Part shown: piece by piece, positions 20,686 through 30,080 of the stretch
Position numbering within the stretch: the stretch's first letter is position 1
Layout of the letters: each line of letters starts with the position of its first letter
Origin: an uncultured Lentisphaerales bacterium
Lineage (GTDB): Bacteria; Verrucomicrobiota; Lentisphaeria; JABSQK01; UBA12247
Direction of reading: 5' to 3'
Length of the DNA: 64,000 nt
Assembly (NCBI GenBank): GCA_943788985.1
Contig: CALSSJ010000036.1
Coordinates: forward strand, 96,058 to 160,057
Translations under genes and position numbers: made by a program
The notes under the pieces: model-generated
Told to the model about the DNA's origin: nothing
The model's database searches: none
The model's input: only the letters and a program-made list of their open reading frames with translations

Positions 20686-21105
20686 TTAATCGAATTTTCT
20701 GCGAGATCGATGCGATGTCGACCGACGATCCTTCGAGGATAACCCAAAAACCTTACACGTTTCTTGCGAAGAAACTCCTTCAAGCTCCGTCAGCACAAGG
20801 GCCTGGCGCAGCTGCTCTGGAAATTTCGTGGTGCATTTCTCCAGAATTTTCCAGAATTCGACGTCTTCAAACGACTGCCGTGGATCGAACTTCCAAGGCA
20901 GCGGTGTCCAGGTCGGAATCCCAGAGCGTTTCACGAGAAAGGTATCAGGTTTTTCGTACCCTCCCGTTTCTTCGGGCGGGGTCTCCCGAGCACTCTTCCG
21001 AAAATAGTCGCTGATCTTGTTGCGGACGCGATGTAGTGCGTAACGACACAGGTAGTCGCTATGCTCATCGCCCCATCGTTCGGGGTCAGAACTCTGCTGT
21101 TCCAT
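20686..21105 (-). pseudogene. ECF sigma-70 factor with internal deletion of region 2 and degenerate C-terminus
   Basis: DPERW.DEH.DYL.RYALHRVRN joins directly to KISDYFRK; region 4 RQALVLTELEGVSSQETC is present. Confidence 0.75.
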
Positions 21106-21121
21106 ATAGTTTGGGCGCGAA

Positions 21122-22083
21122 TCACAATCGATTGAGCAGCATTAACTCGTGCGGATGAGGGAAAAGATAGATCTGATCCTTAAGGTAGCTGACGTCAAAC
21201 TTTCGGACGTAGTGGCGAATCAGGGTGATCGGCAGGATCAGAGGCAAACAGACCGAGCCGATAATCTTCGAGTACCTGTGTCAGTTCTGCCGTCTCTCGC
21301 GCATTCAAGTTCTTGGTGAAATAGCCGATCATGTGCTGCAGCGCATTGGCGTGGTTGCGAGTGGTAGGTGTTCGTTTCATGATACGGGTGAATGCGACCA
21401 GATAGGCAGACGCCAACGCATCGTCGTTGGGAAAAGCATCTGGACGTGCCAGGAGGCCTCCTGCGGCACGAAGACCAGTTTGGTTGTGGGCCATAAGCTG
21501 GTACTTATGGATCGCATGAAAGGTCGTTAGCGCAGCTCGTGTGATGCCGCCTGCCACCAATTCCCGCCAGCGCCGGTAGGCGAATAGCCGAGAGACGAAA
21601 TTCTCTCGCAGCATCGGGTCGTTGAGTCTGCCCTCTTCTTCGATAGGAAGGTGCGGCAGCTGTTTCATCAGAACTGCTGCGAAGTGACCGACGCCCTTGG
21701 GAGCAAAGGAGCCCGAACTCCCATCAGGTGGGAAGATCTTGACGCGTTGCATGCCGCAACTGGGCGAGCGGCTCTTGAGTACGTAGCCGTGAAGATTCAG
21801 CGTTGCGAGTCGCTCGACGCGCTGCTCGGCATAGACAGCCATTTGTGCACTGTAGTCGTCTCCAGTTTTGGGCATGATCAGACGCGTCCCATCCTCTGCG
21901 TTCTCAAGTCGTAAAGTGGGGGCGTGGTACCCCAAGTCCCATTTCCAACTCGGGGCAAACTGACACCCACTCGGCATACGTCTCGAAGTCACCAGTGAGG
22001 AAGCGATCACGCTTGTGTCCCCCGTCAAAGCGGACTTTCTGTCCGAGCAGGCATGCTGAAATACCGATGCGAAGTTTGGCCAC
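21122..22083 (-). CDS. ybgA: DUF523-DUF1722 (YbgA/RudS-like, thiouracil desulfidase domain) protein; two homopolymer frameshifts
   Basis: Reconstructed IGISACLLGQKVRFDGGHK, VCPELEMGLGVPR, LKSRSPSCG, EEEGRLND..LRENF, and C-terminal YLKDQIYLFPHPHELMLLN. Indels at about 21920 and 21246. Confidence 0.9.
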
Positions 22084-22134
22084 GATTTACGCTTCCGATG
22101 AGCTTCCGGCCTCTTGGCCCGGAAGGTGGTTGTA

Positions 22135-22165
22135 AGGATACAGGCTCTTGTCCGACCAGTGTCAA
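22135..22165 (-). promoter_or_regulatory. Candidate sigma70 promoter for ybgA with 19-bp spacer
   Basis: Minus strand TTGACA (22165-22160), 19 nt, TATCCT (22140-22135). Confidence 0.4.
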
Positions 22166-22217
22166 TAAATGCTTGCTGGAGAATCTTATTCTGAACGTTA
22201 TTGCCAAGTCCCCCTCT

Positions 22218-23667
22218 GTGCCAATCCTTCTGACAGGCGGCACCGGCTACATCGGCGGGCGGCTACTCGCCAACTTGCTGTCTGCTGGCCACCGTGTGCG
22301 CTGTCTCTGTCGTGACCCATCTGTTCTACGCCAAGGGGAGGACACCAACTGCGAAAGTGATCGCGGGGAGATGTCCTGGCCCCCGACACATTATCGGCTG
22401 CCCTAGCGAACGTTGAGACGGCCTATTATCTCATACATTCCATGGGGGATCGCGGTAAGTTCGAGGAGCTAGAGGCTCGAGCCGCTAGCAACTTTGCTCA
22501 TGCAGCGCGGGCCGCTGGCGTCAAGCGAATCATCTACCTCGGTGGCTTGTGCAGAGACGAGGACAGCCTCTCGGCTCACATGCGGAGCCGTGCCGCCGTA
22601 GGTGCACTGCTGCGTGAATCTAACGCAATTGTCGTCGAGTTGCGCGCCTCCATCGTGATTGGCTCCGGGAGTCTGTCCTACCAGTTGATTGCCAGCCTCG
22701 TTCGTCGGTTGCCTGTCATGATCACGCCACGTTGGGTGCGAGTCGCCGCCCAGCCGATTGCGATCGAAGATTTGGTCGAGATTCTCCAACGCTGTGCCCA
22801 CCGGGCGTTCGACGATTCCGAGATCATTGAGATCGGTGGTCCAGACGTCGTACGCTACGAAGATCTACTCCAAACGTACTCGCGCTTGACCGGCCGCAAG
22901 CGGTTGCTCATCCCCGTCCCGCTGCTCACGCCCTGGCTATCGAGTCTGTGGCTGGGGCTTGTCACGCCGTTGTACGCCCGAGTCGGGCGGAAGCTGATCG
23001 ACAGTATGCGCCATCCCTCAGTGGCAACGGCGAATCGGGCGCCCGAGTTGCTTGGGCGTCCCCTCATGACACTCGAGCAAGCCGTGCTACGGGCGCTGGA
23101 TAACGAGGGGCACCTCGCGCCGCAGACCCGCTGGCTGGACTCGCATACAGCTGGGGGGAACTTCCTTACCCGAGTCCGACGAGAAGTGGCGCATACCTCT
23201 GAGCGACGATCGCTCCATCGAACTCGATATCAGGCCAGAAGATGCTTTCGCGCCAATTCAGCGGATCGGCGGTGAGGACCGGCTGGTACTACGGCAACTG
23301 GCTCTGGACGCTGCGCGGCTGGATGGACCTACTTGTCGGCGGCGTCGGAATGCGCCGCGGCAGAGCTCATCCTGACATGTTGGCCGTAGGAGACGTCCTC
23401 GACTTCTGGCGAGTCGAAAGCTACAGCCCCAACAGCTACCTACGGCTGAGAGCCGAAATGAAAGTACCGGGAATAGCCTGGCTGGAATTCCACGTAACCG
23501 AAACGGAGAGCGGGAGCCGAATCCGGCAGAAGGCCACTTTTCACGCCGATCCACTCGCCGGTCGCTTGTATTGGTATGCGGTAGCGCCGCTGCACCAGTT
23601 CGTTTTTGGCGGCATGCTTCGCAATGTTGCCCGTGCAGGCCAGAGGCAGGCCAGACGTATAGCATGA
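22218..23667 (+). CDS. NAD(P)-binding SDR oxidoreductase with DUF2867 domain (YbjT-like); several frameshifts
   Basis: ILLTGGTGYIGG, AYYLIHSM, LRASIVIGSGS, QPIAIED, GWYYGNWLW, DFWRVE and LRAEMKVPG.AWLEF. Confidence 0.85.
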
Positions 23668-24595
23668 ACCAGAAACACTCTCCTGTCCCGTCTCGGGCTC
23701 TGTTGCGTCTTCGAGGACCAACCCATTCAATTTCGCACAACGACAGCAGCCTATCTGAGCCGACTGGGCGCTCGCGATGGCCGCGCCCATCGCGACAGGC
23801 TAGTCCGAAGAAAATTTCACCACGCTGGCGCGCGCAATCACCTGCTGTCACGAGCTGGGAATCGGTGCATTTCGGGGTCAATAGTCAGATTATTCCGCTG
23901 GCAACCCATCGCGATTGGCCGTTTGAACTGAACGTCCTGCGTGAGGGTGAACTGGGCGGGTTTGCTCGAAACGTGTCGACGTCTTGCACAGGAGTACGAC
24001 ATCCGGCTCTCAATGCACCCGGACCAGTTTGTCGTGCTATCTGCGCATCGGGAGTCAGTCGTCAACGCATCTCTCGCGGAATTGGAGTATCAGGCTGCGG
24101 TCTGCGAAGGAATCGGCGCGGACGTGCTCAATATCCACGGGGGCGGCGCATACGGAGACAAACTCGCAGCGCTGGCTCGGTTTGCAGACAATGTTGATCG
24201 CCTTTCCGATGCCGCGCGATCCCGTCTTACGGTCGAGAACGATGATCGGACCTATACACCGGGCGACCTGCTGCCGTTGTCTCGGTTGACCGGAATTCCG
24301 CTTGTGTACGACGTTCATCATCATCGCTGCAACCCAGATGCGCTCAGTCTGGCGGCCGCTACCGAAGCCGCGCTGGACACCTGGAACCGAGAGCCTTTGC
24401 TGCATATTTCCAGTCCAGCTGATGGCTGGGATGGACCCAAGCCCAACCGCCATCACAGGTACATTGATCCGACCAGACTTCCCCGACGCGTGGCGTGCTC
24501 TTTCAAGTCCCGTGACAGTAGACGTCGAAGCCAGAGCGAAAGAGCTCGCCGTATTAAAGCTGCAACATCACCTGACCTCGCAAGGTACGAATTAA
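23664..24595 (+). CDS. uvsE: UV DNA damage endonuclease UvdE/UvsE; about five +1 frameshifts
   Basis: Reconstructed RLGLCC, GIGAFR..SQIIPLATH, RLSMHPDQF, NIHGGG, LTVENDD, YDVHHH, HISSP and VDVEARAKELA. Confidence 0.9.
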
Positions 24596-24596
24596 A

Positions 24597-25595
24597 ATGC
24601 AAGTCACCCATTCGGAAGTTTTGATTATAGGTGCCGGAATCGCCGGTTTGGCTGCGGCTCGCAGAGTCCACGAAGCCGATCTGACGTGCCGCCTCCTAGA
24701 GAAAAGCCGCGGGCTTGGGGGACGCTGTGCGACGCGGCGCTTTCATAATGCCAGCTTTGACCATGGGGCTCAGTTTTTCACTGTTCGCAATCCGCCACTA
24801 AAAGCGCTCGCCGAGTCATGGTTGGAGCAGGATTCGATTCGCGAATGGTGTCGTGGCTTTCCCTGCGCAGCCACCGGTGCTGGGGCCGGAGTCGATGGCT
24901 ACCCGCGCTATTGCAGCAGTCCAGGAATGAATCGGCTGCCAAAGGTTTTGGGCAGTGGCCTTACGATCGAGAAGCAGGTCCTAGTGACCAGCATCGAACG
25001 TGCTGCCGATGGCTGGCATGTTGCGAGCAGCGACGAACGTCATTGGCACTCACATGCTCTCATCGTGACGGCTCCGTTACCGCAAACCTTGGCCTTACTG
25101 GAGCCTGATGTAAGCCGTCAGGTTTTGACTTGCTTTCCTGCGCTGCAAGAGGTTGACTACGATCCGTGCTTTACGGTGATGTTGGCACTCTCAGGTGAAT
25201 CAGGCGTCCCCCCCCCTGGTGCGATTCGAGAGCCCAATTCTGCGATCGATTGGATTGCGGATAACAGCATGAAGCACGAGACCGGTGGCCCCGCAGCGCT
25301 GACTGTCCATACCAGTGCAGCATTCACACGCCGTCATTTCGATGCGCCTCAAGAAGACGTAGCGGCCGCGGTCATCGAAGAAGTGCAGCCCTATCTCATG
25401 GCTGATGTTGCAGCCTGGCAAGTGCATCGCTGGCGGTATGCCAAGCCACGGGAACCATTGTCGGTTGGAGCCCTGGCGCTTCCTGGCACACATCCTCTCG
25501 TGCTAAGCGGTGACTATCTCAACACCCCTGCGCGTCTCGAAGGCGCGTTTGACTCAGGCATTTCCGCTGCGACCTACATACTTGCTCAGAGCTGA
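24597..25595 (+). CDS. Renalase-like NAD(P)/FAD-dependent oxidoreductase
   Basis: IIGAGIAG, EKSRGLGGRCATRR, FDHGAQFFT, HRWRYA and LEGAFDSG. Confidence 0.9.
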   Translation: MQVTHSEVLIIGAGIAGLAAARRVHEADLTCRLLEKSRGLGGRCATRRFHNASFDHGAQFFTVRNPPLKALAESWLEQDSIREWCRGFPCAATGAGAGVDGYPRYCSSPGMNRLPKVLGSGLTIEKQVLVTSIERAADGWHVASSDERHWHSHALIVTAPLPQTLALLEPDVSRQVLTCFPALQEVDYDPCFTVMLALSGESGVPPPGAIREPNSAIDWIADNSMKHETGGPAALTVHTSAAFTRRHFDAPQEDVAAAVIEEVQPYLMADVAAWQVHRWRYAKPREPLSVGALALPGTHPLVLSGDYLNTPARLEGAFDSGISAATYILAQS

Positions 25596-26074
25596 TGATC
25601 TCTTGGATCCTCACCCTGAATGTGGCCAGCACGCTTGTGATGGCTGGCCTGATTTGGCTCGTGCAGCTCGTCCACTATCCGGCTTTTGGCTTCGTTTCCG
25701 AAGCTGCGTTTCCTCAATTCGCCGTTTTCCATCAACAACGAATAAGCCTTATCGTTGTGCCGGTAATGCTCCTGGAATTAGTCACCACGCTGCTGATGAT
25801 CTACAAGCCCCATCCCGCCTTCCCGATCCGCATGGCATTGGCCTCTGCGGTGTGCCTCGCAGTCGTATGGTTCTCAACCATTCTGCTACAGATGCCAGTA
25901 CACCAGCAATTCATCGCGGGGAAGAATTCTGCTCTCATCGCAGAACTGACTTTAGGCAATTGGTGGCGGACGGGGGCCTGGAGTATCCGGGTGGTTCTTC
26001 TTGGCATAGTCCTGCAGCGCTGCGCTGCGAACTACGCAGCCCCGGCACAAAATAGCTCGAGTACGAGACAGTAG
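25595..26074 (+). CDS. Four-TM membrane protein
   Basis: MAGLIWLVQLVHYP..F motif and four hydrophobic segments; start overlaps the upstream stop. Confidence 0.75.
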   Translation: MISWILTLNVASTLVMAGLIWLVQLVHYPAFGFVSEAAFPQFAVFHQQRISLIVVPVMLLELVTTLLMIYKPHPAFPIRMALASAVCLAVVWFSTILLQMPVHQQFIAGKNSALIAELTLGNWWRTGAWSIRVVLLGIVLQRCAANYAAPAQNSSSTRQ

Positions 26075-26079
26075 ACTGA

Positions 26080-26651
26080 CCAAACGATAAACGCATCGTG
26101 CTACAGGCATGGCTGAACGAGTTTTGGCAGATGAACATAAGCCTACCGCTATGGCTCTGTCTTCTGTGAGTGAGGCTGGGACGCTCACCGTGCCATTCGT
26201 CCTGTGCAAGGAAGTCGACGATCAAGGTGTTACCTTCTTCACCAACCTGAAGCCTGTCGGAGGATAGCAATTGCTTGCTTCTCCCGGCGCTGCCGTAGCG
26301 GTTCACTGGGCTGGTCTGGAGCGTCATGTCCATACGGGAGGGCGGGTCGAACGAGTGTTCGAGGCAGTGGCAGACGCTTCGTACGCATCGCGAGATAGGT
26401 TGTCTCGAATTGGTACGTGGCCATCACAGCAGAGCTAGCCCCTGGCCAACCGTCAGGACCTTCTGAGATGCGGTAGCTGATTGCGACTCGCGCTTCTCGG
26501 GCCCAGTTCCTCCCCGCCCGTCTCATTGGTCCGGCTTTAAGCTCGTTGCATCGCACTGAGAATTTTGGCAGAATGACCGGGATGCCTGAATGAGGGCTGG
26601 GGGCTCACCCAAGGAGCGACTGGCTGGCTCAGTTGGCAGCTCTGCCCATAG
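26080..26651 (+). pseudogene. pdxH: Decayed pyridoxamine 5'-phosphate oxidase
   Basis: Manual translation: PTAMALSSV..G...VLCKEVDDQGVTFFTN...HWAGLERHV..GRVE...SRIGTWPSQQS*...RPSHWSGFKL..*EFWQ...GWLSWQLCP*, with multiple stops and frameshifts. Confidence 0.75.
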
Positions 26652-26870
26652 CACGCCAGATCAAAACTCTTGACGCCGCCATGATGGTAATCCCTCAGCT
26701 CTCTCGACCCGCCGTGCAGCCCAACACAGACTCGCCTTCAACGATTGCACCTTACCTCGCCGGGACTTGCGACACCAGTCTTTTGTTGAGCTGGTTTGTA
26801 AGGATTCAGAATTCGCCACGACCCGTGGGCAACGTGGCGCTCGGTCACGGACGCACAACAGGAGATCAAC

Positions 26871-28266
26871 ATGGATCACAAAGTTAAGGACATAACGCTG
26901 GCTGACTGGGGTCGCCGGGAAATTGAGGTCGCCGAGCATGAAATGCCCGGTCTCATGGAGATCCGCAAGCGCTACGCGGCCAGTAAGCCGTTGCAGGGCG
27001 TCCGGATCTCCGGCAGCCTGCACATGACTATACAGGACCGCTGTACTCATCGAAACCTTAAATGACTTGGGCGCGGATGTGCGGTGGGCTTCCTGCAATA
27101 TCTTCTCTACCCAAGACCACGCCGCCGCTGCGATTGCGGCTGGTGGAACCCCGGTGTTCGCCTGGAAGGGCGAAACCCTAGAGGACTACTGGTGGTGCAC
27201 CAAGCAGGCTCTCACCTTCCCCGGCAACAACGGACCGCAGCTTATTGTCGATGATGGCGGTGATGCGACGATGCTGATCCATCTGGGCTTTTCCGCCGAG
27301 AATGATGCAAGCTTCCTCGATCTGCCTACCGACAACCACGAGCTTGCGTGCGTTCACGCAGTGCTTCGCGAGACCCTGGCTGAATCGCCCACATTCTGGC
27401 ACGGTGTCGTCAGCGAGTGGAAAGGCGTCTCTGAGGAGACCACGACGGGTGTTCACCGCCTCTACCAGATGCATGAGCGAGCCGAACTGCTCGTGCCCGC
27501 CATCAACGTCAACGACTCCGTCACCAAGAGCAAGTTCGACAACCTGTATGGTTGTCGCGAGTCTCTGGTCGACGGTATCAAGCGTGCGACAGACATGATG
27601 ATTGCTGGCAAAGTTGCGGTCGTCTGTGGCTTTGGTGACGTCGGTAAAGGCTCCGCACAGGCGCTGGAAGCGCTTGGCTGTCGAATCATGGTTACCGAAG
27701 TCGATCCTATCTGTGCTCTGCAAGCCGCGATGGCCGGCTACCACGTCACTACCGTCGAGAAAGCCCTTCCCGTCGCTGACATATACGTGACGACCACGGG
27801 CAACCGTGACATCATCACCGTCGACCACATGGCAAAGATGCGCAACCAAGCGGTGGTTTGTAATATTGGCCACTTCGACAACGAGATTCAGGTCGAGCAG
27901 CTCAATGCCCACCCAGGCGTGGAGATGCTTGAAATCAAGCCTGAGTTTGACCGTTACACCTTTCCAGGAGGAAAAAGCATCTATCTCCTGGCAAAGGGCC
28001 GGCTCGTAAACCTCGGGTGTGCCACAGGTCATCCCAGCTTTGTCATGAGCACCAGCTTCGCCAACCAAGTTCTCGCCCAGATCGCGTTGTGGGAAGAGGA
28101 TCACGCCATCGGAGTCCATGTGCTCCCAAAGCATCTCGACGAAGAAGTCGCTCGATTGCATCTTGAGCACATCGGTGCCGAGCTTACTGTGCTCACGACC
28201 GAACAAGCAAGCTACCTCGACATTCCCGTTGAGGGTCCCTACAAACCGGATCACTATCGCTACTGA
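26871..28266 (+). CDS. ahcY: Adenosylhomocysteinase (single extra G at about 27035)
   Basis: [65 protein letters not shown] and [18 protein letters not shown] upstream. Confidence 0.95.
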
Positions 28267-28351
28267 TCTAATGATGCGTACTTTGGGCACCACTGGTGCC
28301 CGAGGTACGCATTTTATCCCAGTGGAAAATCTTGCGTGAATCGTGCGCCGA

Positions 28352-28572
28352 GCCTTCTGGGGGCCGAATTTTTCCTAGGTTTCCGGTCACGATCACGGCG
28401 GCGTGCTAATGGACTCATTCCAGTCGATGCTTCTACGGACAAACGGAAAGAACAGCAACCTGCTCCCCGTCTGGCAAAAATACTGTAACTTTGAATTTCG
28501 GCCTCCCCCGTCTACGACGGCAAGGTCTTGTACCTGACCGTTCCCCCGCGTCTCGTGCAAAAGACGTCCTTG
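28352..28572 (+). pseudogene. C-terminal remnant of a DUF5703/GH95-like glycosidase
   Basis: Translates to AFWGPNFS*VSGHDHGGVLMDSFQSMLLRTNGKNSNLLPVWQK, resembling the FWGPNFDWxPDQDHGG..LQxMLLQ..G..IxLLPAW terminus recalled for that family. Confidence 0.55.
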
Positions 28573-28939
28573 ATGGTCCAGAGTGATTAGTAGGAAATTG
28601 TTTGTAGTCAGTAACGAAGCGGAGTTGAATTATCCTTCCACTTCAGCTTTCAAGGCCCCAAAGAACGGCACTCCGCTCCGGTACTTTCGTTATTACGGAC
28701 GACGGTCTCTGGACGTCCGGGTTGGATGCACGAAGCGTCATTCATCCCTTTGCCGTTTTGGGCTCCCAGTCTGCATTGGCTTGCCGCGCAAGCCCCAGGG
28801 ACTAACACACGCAAAATGACCACCTCAACCGATCCTATGGCACCTTCAAAGTGTGCGTCTACATGACGCCAACACGGTGTGGAATATGGCAAACGACTTG
28901 ATACCATTTGACGCTGGGGGCAATCGCGGTGTAAGATTA

Positions 28940-29870
28940 TCCCAACTGGCGCCGATTTGGCGCTGCTGTTGTCTGTTTCGTCCCACGCCGCCGTCACCCA
29001 CGGATCGTACCTACAGCAGGGAACGGAACATTCGATGGTCATTGTCTGGCGGACAGACGTGACAACAACCCCGGTGGTGAAATTCGGGGAAGACGCTTGA
29101 TTCCCTGATTGGGACCTGCGCGAGCAGCAATATTGTCGTCCGCACCACGACTTCCGAAGAGCCGCTTCACACGGCACCAGACGGAATCTTCCAGTACGAG
29201 GCCACCCACACCGGTCCCCAGCCCGGCAGCACTTACTGCGACACGCTCGCTGATGGTGATGCCCCGCTTGCCGCTGCCTCACGACGCATCCAGTGATTGG
29301 TGCCAAAAAGCCGACCCGTATCTGGGTCGTCGGCGACTCGGCTACGGGCGGGACAAAAAGCGGTGTTCTCCGCCCAGGAGGACGTTGTCCAGAAATCTGG
29401 GCGCCCCATTGATCTTTATGTTCACCTTGGTGATATGGCCTATACCCGTGGCGGGGACGGAGAATTCCAAGTTAAGTTTTTCGAAATTTACGAGTCACGT
29501 TTGCGTAACACAGTGTGTTGGCCGACCATGAGGAACCACGAGGGGCTCACCTCCGAAGGCAAGCATGGGACTGGCCCCTATTACGATGCCTACGTGCTCC
29601 CGGCCCGTGGTGAAGCGGCTGGTGTTCCCCCTGGCACCGAGCCCTACTATTCGTTCGACTATGGCCCAATCCACTTTGTTTGCCCAGACAGCTTTGACCT
29701 CGACCGCAGCACCGATGCCGCCATGGCTGTGTGGCTGAAGGAAGACCTGAAAAAGACTCAGGCCAAGTGGCTCATCGCCTTCTGGCATCACCCACCCTAC
29801 ACGCTTGGTTCCGATAACAGCAACACTGAAAGGCCGTTGGTGGACATGCGGGAGAACCGGAGTCCGTTGC
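28940..29870 (+). pseudogene. Purple acid phosphatase-type metallophosphoesterase, broken and 3'-truncated
   Basis: N-terminal HGSYLQ...SMVIVWRT ends in a stop. Then HLGDMAY, MRNHE (GNHE degenerate), YYSFDYGPIHF and HHPPY; ends before the GHxH motif. Confidence 0.75.
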
Positions 29871-30023
29871 AATGTGCGGCTCCTTCTGCTGCCCTTACCG
29901 GGCGTACTGGTTGGGGATCGGTTCCGGTGATTGCACCACCGGCGTGTTTCAATTATTCCTCCGGGATACCAGCCAACACCACTGGTCTTCACCCGGTAGG
30001 GAGGCAACAGCCCCAAACACACA

Positions 30024-30058
30024 AAAGGCGCTGAGTCCACGAGGAACTCAGCGCCTTT
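30024..30058. terminator. 13-bp perfect inverted repeat (terminator- or REP-like hairpin)
   Basis: aaaggcgctgagt-ccacgagga-actcagcgccttt, located between two convergent truncated genes. Confidence 0.6.
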
Positions 30059-30080
30059 CGTCAGAAATCTGGGTGACAGT

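Noticed and set aside
26605..26845. Complete SAH riboswitch upstream of ahcY
   Set aside because: The GGAGCG candidate falls within the pdxH remnant, over 200 nt from the putative partner strand, and the core stems are missing.
27030..27070. Programmed frameshift in ahcY
   Set aside because: No slippery heptamer; the same single-base insertion pattern occurs in many nearby genes.
27178..28293. 371-aa minus-strand ORF
   Set aside because: Antisense shadow of ahcY.
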